64,000 bases of DNA from Thermomicrobiales bacterium (GCA_046328335.1 JAXLWU010000001.1:474586-538585); one strand, 5' to 3'; numbered from the stretch's first letter, positions 9,649 to 18,955 are shown. Numbers and translations: made by a program. Notes: generated from the letters alone by a model not told the origin.

Positions 9649-10497
9649 ATGTTTCGTACCCGCGTGACATCACGAGTTCTTGCAACCGCGGCGAGCATTG
9701 CGGCCGGGCTGGCTACGGCGCTGGCGCTGTTCCCGCTCTACTGGGGATTCGTCACCTCGGTGCGGCCGCGCAGCGCGGAGATCACCGATCTCTGGCTCCC
9801 CTGGGTGCGGTTCCAGCCAACCCTTGCCGCCTGGGAGCAACTGCTGGCAATTCCCGAACTCGGCGCATCGCTGCTCAACTCGATGGTCATCAGCGCCGGC
9901 GCGGCGACGCTGGCGGTAATCCTGGCCGCGCCCGCCGCTTACGCCATCGGCCGCTTGCCCTTTCCCCGCGGCTGGGCGGCGATGCTGCTGCTGGGCTTCC
10001 TGTTTCTGCGCCTCCTGCCGCCGGTGGTCTACTTGCCGTCGTACCTGCTTCTCTTCCGGCAACTGGGACTGATCGATACGCACGCGTCGCTGATTCTCGT
10101 CAATGCCACGATCAACCTCCCCCTGGCCGCGATCGTATTGGCCGGCGCCTTTCGTGAGATTCCAAAGGACCTGGAGGAAGCCGCCTGGATCGATGGCGCC
10201 GGTCGCTGGCGCTCCTTCTCGCGTGTCTGCCTGCCGCTGGTCGCGCCAGCGCTGGTGGCGGCGTGGCTGCTCAGCCTGGCGTTCATCTGGAATGAATGGA
10301 TGTATGCCTCGGCACTCGGCTACATCGAGGCGCGGACGCTGCCAGTCCTCATCCAGGCGACCGGCGGTGGCGGCGGAGCGAACATGGGCGCGGCGTCGAC
10401 GCGGGCCTTGACAGCGACGATCGTGCCGATCATCGCCGCACTGTTGGTGCAGCGATACATGGTGCGGGCGCTCTCGTTGGGCGGCGTGAAAGGGTGA
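9649..10497 (+). CDS. Carbohydrate-type ABC transporter permease (MalG/BPD_transp_1 family), orphan
   Basis: MFRTRVTSRVLATAASIAAGL..., 6 predicted TM segments, EAA loop LEEAAWIDGAGRWRSFSRVCLPL. No partner permease, SBP or ATPase adjacent. Confidence 0.8.
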   Translation: MFRTRVTSRVLATAASIAAGLATALALFPLYWGFVTSVRPRSAEITDLWLPWVRFQPTLAAWEQLLAIPELGASLLNSMVISAGAATLAVILAAPAAYAIGRLPFPRGWAAMLLLGFLFLRLLPPVVYLPSYLLLFRQLGLIDTHASLILVNATINLPLAAIVLAGAFREIPKDLEEAAWIDGAGRWRSFSRVCLPLVAPALVAAWLLSLAFIWNEWMYASALGYIEARTLPVLIQATGGGGGANMGAASTRALTATIVPIIAALLVQRYMVRALSLGGVKG

Positions 10498-10668
10498 TCG
10501 CGCCTTGTCTGATGAAGTGGACGTAGAGAATCTATCGCATCAGAGCGCGAGAACGAGACAACCCGCTACAATGTGTAGGGTAAAGGGGAGTGTTGGCTTC
10601 ACCCTTTATCAAACGAGCCGGCTCTCCGGGGCGGTTGTGGCACTCGCGCGTTCGGATGGAGAGGATCG

Positions 10669-11553
10669 ATGGCGGGCGGACCAAGGCGATTCCGGTTGGG
10701 GTATCGGAATCCGGTAACGAACGAGTGGGTCTTCGGGATTTCCGATGCGGACAACGTCATTTTGGGCTACTACGATCCGGCTGCCGATCGCTGGCAGGAG
10801 GGCGTGCCCGACATCCTGAGCGGCGAATGGCTGCCAGAGGAAGCGGTGCGCGGCGCCGGAGGCCGGGACTGCCCACCAGGTTACCCGATCAAGGGAAACC
10901 TGCCGTCCGGGATCTACCATGAGCCGGGTCAGGCGGTCTACGAGCGCACCAATCCCGAAATCTGTTTCACCACGGCCGGGGCCGCCGCCGCGGCTGGGTT
11001 CCGGCCGGCGCGGGGCGGAAGCGAGGCGGTTGGGGCCGCCGCGGCCGCCGCCCCGTTGATCGCGGCAGCGCAGCCCGCCTCGCAAGCACCACGCCCACCC
11101 GCGGCGACTCCGCCGGTAGCGCCGCCGCCGCCGCCGCGGCCGGCCGCGCCGCCGCCGCCGCCACCGAAAAGGAACAACTGGTGGTGGTGGCTGGTCGCCG
11201 CGCTGATCGCGCTCGCGCTGATCTGGTGGTTCATGAACCGCCAAAGTGCGCCGCCGGCGGCGGAACCGACCGCCGCGCCGGCGGTGGCGACCGAGGCGCC
11301 CGCGGTCTCGACACCGGACGTGACGAAGGCCGCGGGGATCGTGGCTTCGCCGGCTGCCGCGGTGGCCTCCCCGGTTGCGGTCGCGGCTGAGGCGACGCCG
11401 ATGGCCGCGACGCCGGTCATGGCCGCCGCGAGCGTGGCAACGCCGATGGCGGCAGCGGGAGCGGCGACGCCCAACGCGACGCCGGTCGAGGAGATGCTGG
11501 CGACGGCGGTGGCCGATCTCGAAGCCGCTGCCGCGGGGACGCCCGCGCCGTAG
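10669..11553 (+). CDS. Single-pass membrane protein with an N-terminal small Cys-bracketed domain ('sunset'-type motif), a Pro-rich linker and an Ala/Thr/Pro-rich tail
   Basis: CPPGYPIKGNLPSGIYHEPGQAVYERTNPEICFTTAGAAAAAGFRPA motif. Poly-Pro stretch. TM NNWWWWLVAALIALALIWWF. GGAGAGGA lies 5' of the ATG. Confidence 0.7.
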   Translation: MAGGPRRFRLGYRNPVTNEWVFGISDADNVILGYYDPAADRWQEGVPDILSGEWLPEEAVRGAGGRDCPPGYPIKGNLPSGIYHEPGQAVYERTNPEICFTTAGAAAAAGFRPARGGSEAVGAAAAAAPLIAAAQPASQAPRPPAATPPVAPPPPPRPAAPPPPPPKRNNWWWWLVAALIALALIWWFMNRQSAPPAAEPTAAPAVATEAPAVSTPDVTKAAGIVASPAAAVASPVAVAAEATPMAATPVMAAASVATPMAAAGAATPNATPVEEMLATAVADLEAAAAGTPAP

Positions 11554-11585
11554 CGCTGGCACACCACCCCGATCAGGTCTGGTCC

Positions 11586-11626
11586 GGCCCCGCGATCGTC
11601 TGCACGATCGCGGGGCCGTTCTTTTG
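11586..11626 (+). terminator. Rho-independent terminator
   Basis: Perfect 14-bp stem GGCCCCGCGATCGT / ACGATCGCGGGGCC with a 4-nt loop, followed by GTTCTTTTG, 33 nt after the stop at 11553. Confidence 0.8.
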
Positions 11627-11680
11627 CGGCATCGAGCTCGTGCCTGGCAAGGGTGTACGTTACGGCGGTGTTCAACCGTT

Positions 11681-11768
11681 GTGTCGTTCTGAGCCGTAGC
11701 GAGGAATCTCGTCGCTCGGCGAATCTGACAACGACGCCGAGGTCCCTCCTTCGTCGGGACGACACAGC
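11681..11768 (+). repeat. Family-B interspersed repeat (GTGTCGTTCTGAGCCGTAGCGAGGAATCTCGTCG...CCGAGGTCCCTCCTTCGTCGGGACGACAC), copy B1
   Basis: About 88 bp with terminal inverted ends GTGTCGT/ACGACAC. Related copies at 16334, 44181 and (inverted) 44890. Confidence 0.75.
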
Positions 11769-11863
11769 TAGCACCTTCGTTTGAAAGATGCGGCCGGCGT
11801 GCTGTGATCTCCCGCGGTGCGACGTGGTCGCTCCGGTTCGAACTGGCTCTGGGTTATATCGGT

Positions 11864-13033
11864 CTACCGGAGGGCGTTGCCCGTAGGGTAGGTCGGGTCG
11901 AGTTCGTGGCGGAGGGCGATGATTCGCCGCCGGAACGCCTCGTCGCGAGTTGCCGCCTCCGCGCCGACCGGTTCTCCCTCCCGGCGATGATGGTGCAGAA
12001 AGGCGAGTTCCGCGGCGATCGTGAAGAACTCTTGTTGTTTGGCGCGGAGGGTCTTGCCGCCGCGAGAACGCGCCGCCGTCAGTGCATCGCGCCGGCGCGC
12101 GGCATCGGTGATCGTCTCATATTCGGCGCTGGTGAAGATGCCCTGGGCAACCTCGAATTGAAGTTCCTGGCGCAGCATTTCCAGTTCATGCCTTGCCGCC
12201 TGCCGGGCGATGGCGTACAGGACCAGCACGGCGGGGACGATCACGAGCGCGGCCTGAACGGCGACCGCGGTGAGCAATCCGGTATCGCTGCCGAGGAACC
12301 CGATCGTGAGGAAGAGACCGCCGTTCCAGGCGACATGCAGCGCGACGGCGATGGCCCAGCCGAGCACCGGAACGAAGAACCGGGCGACCCCGCGCCGGTA
12401 CTGGGAGCGTGCCCAGCCTAGCGAGGCGCCGGTGACCGCCGTGTAGGCGGGGTGCCCCAGGCCACCCAGCACGGCTCGCGCCAGCACCAGCACGCCGAAC
12501 TGACGAAATCCGCTTTCGATGTACCCCTGCCCGAAGTAGAGGACGTTCTCGGTCATGGCGAATCCGACGCCGACCAGGGCGCCGTAGACCATGCCGTCGA
12601 GGACGTTGTCGACCTCGTGCCGCGCGATCAGGAGCAGAACCAGGACGGCAATCCCCTTGAATGTCTCCTCGATCAGCGGCGCGCCCAATGCAACTTCGAC
12701 GACCCAGGTCGCCTCGTCCGCGAGATAGCGGTGCAAGGCCTGCGAGAACATGAGCTCCGCGATCAGGCTAAAGAGAATGGCGCCAAACGCTCCCCAGAAA
12801 AAGCAGGCCAGAATGGCGCGAAGTGGCTCAGGTTCGTAGCGGTCGAGCCGCAGCACCAGCGAGGCATAAAACAGAGCGGGGACCGTCGCGGCGACAAGGC
12901 TCAGGGCCAGCCCGAGCGGATCGGGGACCGCGGCCACGATGACGATACTGACGATAACGATGGCAACGAGAGAAACGACGGTCAGGAGGCAGCCCAGGAG
13001 ACCAACGCGCCGCCGGGTCCCGGGAATCGGCAT
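11864..13033 (-). CDS. PrsW-family intramembrane protease
   Basis: Polytopic membrane protein with EETFKG, GMVYGALVGVGFAMTEN and HVAWNG motifs typical of PrsW. C-terminal cytoplasmic helical extension. Confidence 0.8.
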   Translation of the reverse strand: MPIPGTRRRVGLLGCLLTVVSLVAIVIVSIVIVAAVPDPLGLALSLVAATVPALFYASLVLRLDRYEPEPLRAILACFFWGAFGAILFSLIAELMFSQALHRYLADEATWVVEVALGAPLIEETFKGIAVLVLLLIARHEVDNVLDGMVYGALVGVGFAMTENVLYFGQGYIESGFRQFGVLVLARAVLGGLGHPAYTAVTGASLGWARSQYRRGVARFFVPVLGWAIAVALHVAWNGGLFLTIGFLGSDTGLLTAVAVQAALVIVPAVLVLYAIARQAARHELEMLRQELQFEVAQGIFTSAEYETITDAARRRDALTAARSRGGKTLRAKQQEFFTIAAELAFLHHHRREGEPVGAEAATRDEAFRRRIIALRHELDPTYPTGNALR

Positions 13034-13202
13034 GGCGAACTACGCCCTTGCCCTGGCCGCGAATCTCATGGCTCGCTCAGGGGAATGGGGCGGATGAAGC
13101 CCGGAGGATTTGGGGAGGAACGCGGCAACGGGAGGGGGCAGCGATCGATCGCATCGAGCGGCTGAGCCGCGTGCATCGCCATCCATCGCCGCCCCCACCG
13201 GA

Positions 13203-15050
13203 TCAGTGCGGGATCGGTTCCGAATGGGTCGGTTTCAGAAGCGCTTTCCAGAGCCAGACGAACGCCACCACCACCAGGAGTACATAGGCCAGCACCAGAA
13301 TCGTGTTGGCCTGCGGAACGAACACGGGACTGCCCCAGACGTTCTGGCCGGGCGACTGCCGGTTCCAGGGCAGGATGCCGATCAGGACCGGGACGTAGGC
13401 GAGCGCCGCCAGCAGGAAGGCCAATCCGAACCAAGTGCCGAAGCGATCGAGGCGCGCGGAGATCGTGCCCGCTTCGATATTCACCTGTGAGATCGGGACA
13501 TCGAGCGGAGCTGGCTGCTTGCGCAGGATGGTGCCAACGATGACGAGGAAGAAGAGAAGTCCGCTGACCGTCATGATGATGCCGCCGACCGCCGTGAGTT
13601 GATTGGCCAGGGTCCAATCGACTTGCGAGAGGTATCCGGCTTCACCGATCGCGGAGCGGCGAGGCATGCCATCCATGCCACCGGACATTTGACCGCGGGC
13701 GAAGATGAGCACGCCAATTGCCCAGAGCCACGCCTGCAGGACCCCCAGTTTCGGCGCCCAGAGGGCGTGACCGGTCATGTACGGCGTCAACCAGTAAGCG
13801 ATACCCATAACGCTGAGGGTGACCGCCGTGCCGACAGTCAGATGGAAGTGCCCCGGTACGAAGGCGGTGTTGTGGACCACCTTGTTCAGCGAGTAGGAGG
13901 CATTGATCAGGCCGGTGATGCCGCCGAGCACGAAGACGAGCATCGCCAGAAGTTGCGCCACCACGCTGGGATCACCCCAGGGGAGTTTCGGTATCCAGCC
14001 GAACAGCCCCTTGCCGCCGCGCGCTCTCCCTGCCGACTCCAGCGACGCCATGACGGAAAAGGCGGTGATCACGCTGGGGAAGAAGATGATCAGCGTCGCG
14101 AAATAGTGGATCGTCTTGGCCCAGACGGGGATGCCGGGGTCGGTGAACTGGTGGTGGATGCCGGTCGGCACCGAAAAGAGGAGGAAGAGGATGAAGACCA
14201 TCCGGGTCATGCCGTCGCTGTAGACCTTGCCGCCAACCTGGGCCGGGATCAGCAGGTACCAGGAGATATAGGCGGGCAGAAGCCAGAAGTAGACGATGGC
14301 GTGACCGGTAAACCAGAAGAGGGTGCGGGTCAGTTGCGGATCGACCGTGGCGAAGAGCCCCGCCGACCAGGGCAGGAGCATGAAGACGACCTCGACGGCG
14401 ATGCCGATGGAGGCGAGATCCCACATGAGGTAGGTCGCGATCGAGGCGAAGGCGAGGAGCGGGATGCGTTGGCCGGGATTGTCGGCGCGCCAGCGGCGCA
14501 AGGTCACCAACTGGTTGACGGAGACCAGCCAGGTCGAGATCACCAGCAGTGCCGCGCCGAGGTAGAAGGTGAAGTGCGCCTGCATCGGCGCGTAAAAGGT
14601 GAAGAGGACGGATGCCTGATTGGTGAGCATCGCGTAGGCAGCGAGGACGATGCCGGTGGCGGCGAGGATCGCCGACCATTGCAACAGGCCGGTGCTGGCC
14701 ATGGGGCGGTTGAAACCGCGCATGGTGGTCAGCGAGAGGAAGCCATTGGCGAAGGTCGACGTGAAGACCAGGGCGAGGAGCACGCCGTGGAGGGTGAGCC
14801 CCTGGTAGTAACTCTGCAATCCGAGTTGCTGGTAGGTCAGACCACCATCCGTGCCCGCCTTGGAACTGATCCAGCCGACGCGCTCGATCGCCTGCAGGAG
14901 GCCGACGATGCCGCCGAGACCGAGACCGACCAGGGCGAGGACGAATTCGAGTTTGATGGGCCAGAGTTGTCCCGGCGGGAAGCGGTCGACGGGTTTGGCG
15001 ACCGGCGCTATCGGACCCGGGCCGGGGAGTGATGCGGCGATCGCGCTCAT
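13203..15050 (-). CDS. cbaA: ba3-type (B-family) cytochrome c oxidase subunit I
   Basis: YYQGLTLHGVL, LFWFTGHAIVYFWLLPAY, GIHHQFTDPG, HNTAFVPGHFHLTV. Collinear with my recollection of Thermus ba3 subunit I. ATG at 15050 overlaps the subunit II stop (ATGA). The listed ORF start at 15299 is an over-extension. Confidence 0.9.
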   Translation of the reverse strand: MSAIAASLPGPGPIAPVAKPVDRFPPGQLWPIKLEFVLALVGLGLGGIVGLLQAIERVGWISSKAGTDGGLTYQQLGLQSYYQGLTLHGVLLALVFTSTFANGFLSLTTMRGFNRPMASTGLLQWSAILAATGIVLAAYAMLTNQASVLFTFYAPMQAHFTFYLGAALLVISTWLVSVNQLVTLRRWRADNPGQRIPLLAFASIATYLMWDLASIGIAVEVVFMLLPWSAGLFATVDPQLTRTLFWFTGHAIVYFWLLPAYISWYLLIPAQVGGKVYSDGMTRMVFILFLLFSVPTGIHHQFTDPGIPVWAKTIHYFATLIIFFPSVITAFSVMASLESAGRARGGKGLFGWIPKLPWGDPSVVAQLLAMLVFVLGGITGLINASYSLNKVVHNTAFVPGHFHLTVGTAVTLSVMGIAYWLTPYMTGHALWAPKLGVLQAWLWAIGVLIFARGQMSGGMDGMPRRSAIGEAGYLSQVDWTLANQLTAVGGIIMTVSGLLFFLVIVGTILRKQPAPLDVPISQVNIEAGTISARLDRFGTWFGLAFLLAALAYVPVLIGILPWNRQSPGQNVWGSPVFVPQANTILVLAYVLLVVVAFVWLWKALLKPTHSEPIPH

Positions 15051-15529
15051 GCTTCCACCACCACCTTGCTGAACATGTCCTGATGCCCGATACCGCAGTA
15101 CTCGTGGCAGATGATCAGATACTCGCCCGGCTTGTCGAAGGTGTAGGTGACCTGGGTCACCTCGCCAGGGATGACCATGGAATTGATGTTGGTGTTGCGG
15201 ATCATGAAGCCGTGCATCACGTTGGTGCTGGCCACTTTGAACGTTACCGTCGAACCGACCGGCACCGTGAATCCCTCGCCGGGCGCATTCGGCGTCCACT
15301 GCCAGAGGTTGGCGACGAGCACCGCGTCGTACTGCTTGTCACCGGTCTGGTGCAGCCCCGGATTGTCAAACGGCGCGGTCTGACCGGTCGTCTGCGGATC
15401 GAGCCGGGCTACCGGACCGGGCAACCTGACGCCGAAGGTGAAGTACGAAACGCCAATGGCCGCGGCGCCGAGGATGATCAGAATCGCCGCGGTCACCAGG
15501 AAGAAGCGCTCGAAGGCGTGAATCTTCAT
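15047..15529 (-). CDS. cbaB: ba3-type cytochrome c oxidase subunit II (CuA cupredoxin)
   Basis: One N-terminal TM segment plus the CuA site HGFMIRNT...CHEYCGIGHQDM. 160 aa, as in short B-family subunit II. Confidence 0.9.
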   Translation of the reverse strand: MKIHAFERFFLVTAAILIILGAAAIGVSYFTFGVRLPGPVARLDPQTTGQTAPFDNPGLHQTGDKQYDAVLVANLWQWTPNAPGEGFTVPVGSTVTFKVASTNVMHGFMIRNTNINSMVIPGEVTQVTYTFDKPGEYLIICHEYCGIGHQDMFSKVVVEA

Positions 15530-15553
15530 ACCAACGACCTTTCGTCCAATCGA

Positions 15554-15739
15554 TTACTGGCGATCGAGCAGCAAGAAATAGACGTAGAGCCAGATGCCAA
15601 CCATGGCGACCAGGAAGAAGAGGAGCAGGACCAGCGTGCCCCGCGGCTGCTCCTGGCTTCCCTCCTCGCTGTTTTCCAGTGGCGAAGACTGGATCAGGGA
15701 TTCACCGTGTGCCGTGCTCCCTGTCGATCGATCGGCCAT
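15554..15739 (-). CDS. cbaD: Cytochrome c oxidase subunit IIa-like single-TM peptide
   Basis: MADRSTG...PRGTLVLLLFFLVAMVGIWLYVYFLLLDRQ. Position immediately upstream of cbaB and the PRG + TM pattern resemble Thermus subunit IIa. Start chosen inside the longer shadow ORF. Confidence 0.6.
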   Translation of the reverse strand: MADRSTGSTAHGESLIQSSPLENSEEGSQEQPRGTLVLLLFFLVAMVGIWLYVYFLLLDRQ

Positions 15740-15801
15740 CAACGTCCCTCCCGTCGTGACCCAGGGAGATCTCGCTGCCTCCCCGTGCAAACACTCACGC
15801 G

Positions 15802-16008
15802 CTAGTGTTCTGTCTCCGCGAAGGCGTTCGAGAAGCGGATGAAGACGCCGATGCTGAGCAGGACGACGATGACGGAGACAACGGTGCGCTGCCAGTCGAT
15901 GGCGGAGCCCTGACCAGCCAGGAGATGATTGATGGCCGACCAGGCAAACATGAAGGCGACGCCGGCAACAAGAATGACGCCGGCCATCAGGACCGCCCAT
16001 TTGCCCAT
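15802..16008 (-). CDS. Small 2-TM membrane protein, first gene of the oxidase cluster
   Basis: MGKWAVLMAGVILVAGVAFMFAW...VVSVIVVLLSIGVFIRF. No recognisable family. Start uncertain (ORF extends to 16107). Confidence 0.4.
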   Translation of the reverse strand: MGKWAVLMAGVILVAGVAFMFAWSAINHLLAGQGSAIDWQRTVVSVIVVLLSIGVFIRFSNAFAETEH

Positions 16009-16333
16009 GCCAACAGCTCCTCTCCGGACTGGGTGTCGACGCGGGGACACCCAAAGCCAAGCCCCAGAAGCGGCCGCGGTTGCCAGACTGGTTTCGTTCA
16101 CCAACATTCTATCAACCGTGGGGGGATGTCGCTACTGGGGTATTTGACGTCGAGGAGGCGTAGAGGCGCGAGGTCGAGACGCCGGAGCATGATGCGCAGG
16201 GCCACGCGGTGCGGCAGTGAGCCGCCCTTGCCAACATGCGTGATGATGCCAGGAGAAGCGATATTGGCGACGGCGCGGTGATCCGTCCTTCATCGGAACG
16301 ACACACTCGCCACTGGAGCGGCGTACGAACGAC

Positions 16334-16419
16334 GTGTCATTCCGGGCCGGAGCGAGGAACCGCGGCGTCGGTCGTAGTTGCTGCCAACGCCGAGGTGCCG
16401 CCGGCGTCGGGACGACACA
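16334..16419 (+). repeat. Family-B repeat, copy B2
   Basis: GTGTCATTCCGGGCCGGAGCGAGGAACCGCG...CGAGGTGCCGCCGGCGTCGGGACGACAC. A further half-copy lies near 16283-16310. Confidence 0.7.
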
Positions 16420-16544
16420 CCTGCCCGGCGTCTGAACGGCATAACGTCGGCACGTCGCTGTAGTCAGGTCAAAACGGCCTAAGCAGCGGTCTGCAGGTGG
16501 GGCGCGGCTCGAGTCAATGGATTAGATGAGCGGCAGACTGGAGA

Positions 16545-16591
16545 GCGACGCCAGCGTCCCGCCCTACAACGCAGGGGAGCGCTGGCGTCGC
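16545..16591. repeat. Family-C GC-rich palindrome (GCGACGCCAGCG...CCCTAC...CGCTGGCGTCGC)
   Basis: 12-bp perfect inverted arms extended by TCCC/GGGGA, about 50 nt downstream of the stop at 16644. Possible terminator or REP. Confidence 0.65.
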
Positions 16592-16643
16592 CCCGAATGT
16601 CGGACCTTGATTCTCCTGGCGTGAGCGTCCTGGGCAGGTTCGC

Positions 16644-17240
16644 CTAGAACTCGCCGCCGATATCGCCGAACCCGCCCATATCGCCGCCGAAGTCGCCGAA
16701 GCCACCGAACCCGGCGTCGCCGGAATCGCCGCCGTCCGTGCTAGCGTCGGCGGTGTCGGATCCATCCGTTGCGGCTGCGTCGCCACCGAAGCCGCCGAGA
16801 AACGCATCAGCGACCATACTGCCGACGATGACACCGGCAAAGGTGCTCATGAAGTTCCCCATCATCGGGTTGCCCGCGATGCCGGGACCCATCGCCGGCA
16901 TGCCGCTCCAGGTCCGTTCCAGGGTGCCCGGCTGGCGCATTTCGGCGCGGGTCGCCAGGCGTGCCAAGGCGCGCGGATCGTCGCCCGCACTGGCGCCAGA
17001 CACGCCCTCGGAGGGCGGCAGCGTCGCGCTCAGTTCCTGCAGCACCATCCGGCGCTGTTCAGGGGTCAACCTGGTAAACGCCTCGACGTGGGCCTGCTCG
17101 ATCGTCTCGGGCGGCGCCGTGCGGAGCAGATACCGGTAGCGCTCGACCGCGCGTTCGTCCTCGGCGAGGGTCCGCGACCCCGGGAACGGCCGGATCGGTT
17201 CTGGTGCGCCCATGCCAAACAGTCGTTTCAACGCTTCCAT
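16644..17240 (-). CDS. Hypothetical protein (DUF2076-like by recollection) with an acidic Gly/Asp/Phe-rich tail
   Basis: MEALKRLFGMGAPEP..., central hydrophobic FAGVIVGSMVADAFLGGFGG, tail GDFGGDMGGFGDIGGEF. ATG at 17240; the 332-aa listed ORF is an over-extension. Confidence 0.6.
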   Translation of the reverse strand: MEALKRLFGMGAPEPIRPFPGSRTLAEDERAVERYRYLLRTAPPETIEQAHVEAFTRLTPEQRRMVLQELSATLPPSEGVSGASAGDDPRALARLATRAEMRQPGTLERTWSGMPAMGPGIAGNPMMGNFMSTFAGVIVGSMVADAFLGGFGGDAAATDGSDTADASTDGGDSGDAGFGGFGDFGGDMGGFGDIGGEF

Positions 17241-17587
17241 GGAGAAACACTCCCTGCCCCGCCGGCTTCTTCGCCAGCCAGGGCTGCCCACGGCCCGAGA
17301 TCGCTTGGGGAATGGCCGCTTTCTCGATCGTAATCGTTCGCTTCCAGGGAGATGGTGACCAGCGCGACGATTGTGCAGCGATTCAACAGGTCGCAGAGGC
17401 GGATGCCGGGCGGAATCGCCAGGAAAGGCAAAGCAAATCGGGCGAGCGCGAAGACTCTCGTTCGAGCGTCTGATCCCAACTCCGGATGATGAGTGCCGTT
17501 CATTCGTGGCGCGCACCCCCACCCGAACCATGCTCCATTCGGGCCGGTTGGGAAAGGGAGGACCGGCTGGTTCGCCGCGCCGGTCTT

Positions 17588-17625
17588 CCCCCCCAACCAG
17601 CGCCCATCGCAGTGGGCGAGGGGCC
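17588..17625 (+). repeat. Degenerate family-A-like hairpin
   Basis: CCCCCAACCAGCGCCCATCGCAGTGGGCGAGGGGC upstream of the gene starting at 17696. Confidence 0.4.
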
Positions 17626-17695
17626 CGTGGCAAATCGAGCATCAGAGAAACCGAGGATTTTCAGCAGGGTCCCGTCTTTGGCGGTTGGAGGGTTT

Positions 17696-18094
17696 ATGAT
17701 GGTTTTCGGACCAGGGCCGAAGGAGGGCCGCATCGTGGATGAGCGTGTCGCCGCCGCACTGCGCACCGATCGCACCATCGACATCACCACGTACGGACGA
17801 AGGTCTGGGCAGCCACGACGCATCGAGACCTGGCTCTACCGGGTTGGGGAGCGGTTCTTTCTCACCGGGTCGCCGGGACGGCGCGACTGGTACGCCAATC
17901 TGCTGGCCAACCCGTCGTTGGTCATCCATCTCAAGGAGTCGGTCATCGCGGACGTCACCGCAGGCGCGGTTCCTGTCACCGGTCAGGAAGAACGTCGCGC
18001 CGCGCTTGCCGCCGTTCTCGATGATCTCGGTCAGCCAGAGGACCTCGAGGCGTGGATGGTGGGCAGCCCCCTCATCGAGGTCATCGTCGGGTAG
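17696..18094 (+). CDS. Deazaflavin (F420)-dependent nitroreductase-family protein (DUF385/PNPOx-like)
   Basis: IDITTYGRRSGQPRRIETWL...GSPGRRDWYANLLANPSLVIHL matches the family pattern TTxGRxSGxxR...WYxNLxANP. Confidence 0.8.
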   Translation: MMVFGPGPKEGRIVDERVAAALRTDRTIDITTYGRRSGQPRRIETWLYRVGERFFLTGSPGRRDWYANLLANPSLVIHLKESVIADVTAGAVPVTGQEERRAALAAVLDDLGQPEDLEAWMVGSPLIEVIVG

Positions 18095-18780
18095 TCACTG
18101 GAGGTAGGGCCCTGAACCTCATCGATCTCAGCCACACCGTCGAAGACGGGATGATTACCTATCGTGGCTTGCCCGCCCCGGTGATCTGCGATTTCCTCAC
18201 CCGGGAGAGTTCTCGCGTGCTCTACGCGCCGGGGACCGAGTTCCACATTGGCCGGATCGACCTGGTCGCCAACACGGGCACGTACGTCGACAGTCCGTTT
18301 CACCGATTCCCGGATGGCATGGATCTCTCGGAGGTGCCGCTCACCTCCCTCGTGGAGTTGCCGGGGGTGGTGGTGGAGGCGCGCGGCGCGGGAAGAGCGA
18401 TCGGCGACGAACTGCTGAGGGAATCGCTGGGGGACCGGGAGCTGGGGGGAGCGGCGGTGCTGGTGCGAACGGGATGGGCCACTCACTGGCGAACCGATCA
18501 CTATTTCGAAGGCCATCCCTTCCTCACGGAAGATGCCGCGTGGTGGCTGCGGGAGGCGAACGTCGCACTGGTCGGGATCGACTCCTACAACATCGATGAT
18601 ACGGAAGACGGCCGGCGTCCGGTCCACACCGCGCTGCTGGGGGCGGGCATACCCATTGCCGAACATTTGACGAACCTCGATCGGTTGCCGCGCAATGGGT
18701 TTCAGTTCTCGGCCGCGCCGGTGAAGGTCAAAGGGATGGGGACGTTTCCGGTGCGGGCTTATGCGGTCGTGGATCGATAA
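18052..18780 (+). CDS. Cyclase-family protein (kynurenine formamidase-like fold)
   Basis: LIDLSHTV...GTYVDSPFHRFPDG...TGWATHW. The GTG at 18052 overlaps the upstream gene by 43 nt. An alternative CTG at 18112 is preceded by GGAGGT at 7-nt spacing. Confidence 0.8.
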   Translation: MDGGQPPHRGHRRVVTGGRALNLIDLSHTVEDGMITYRGLPAPVICDFLTRESSRVLYAPGTEFHIGRIDLVANTGTYVDSPFHRFPDGMDLSEVPLTSLVELPGVVVEARGAGRAIGDELLRESLGDRELGGAAVLVRTGWATHWRTDHYFEGHPFLTEDAAWWLREANVALVGIDSYNIDDTEDGRRPVHTALLGAGIPIAEHLTNLDRLPRNGFQFSAAPVKVKGMGTFPVRAYAVVDR

Positions 18781-18811
18781 AGGTCGCTCACGCCGGGGAA
18801 TTGCCGCGTTG

Positions 18812-18853
18812 CCCCTCACCGCAACCCCCTCGCCCCGTACGCGGGGCGAGGGA
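18812..18853 (+). repeat. Family-A repeat, copy A3
   Basis: CCCCTCACCGCAACCCCCTCGCCCCGTACGCGGGGCGAGGGA in the convergent gap between the cyclase (+) and the mglA-like gene (-). Confidence 0.8.
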
Positions 18854-18955
18854 CTCGCGATGACATCGGACGAGGTGAGGACGCACGTTTTTGTCGGGAG
18901 TCGGTATCAAGTTTCGTGTGCTGACGGCCACAAGGCAAAGGGGTAGATCCGCCGT

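Noticed and set aside
10498-10668. TACAAT-like -10 box and a TAAAGGG/CCCTTTA hairpin upstream of the 10669 gene
   Set aside because: There is no convincing -35 box and the stem is short. The evidence is too weak to call a promoter or an RNA element.
10609-11774. Minus-strand ORFs 10609-11562 and 10938-11774
   Set aside because: They are Arg/Gly/Ala-rich shadows of the + strand gene, which has an SD, a TM segment, a defined motif and its own terminator.
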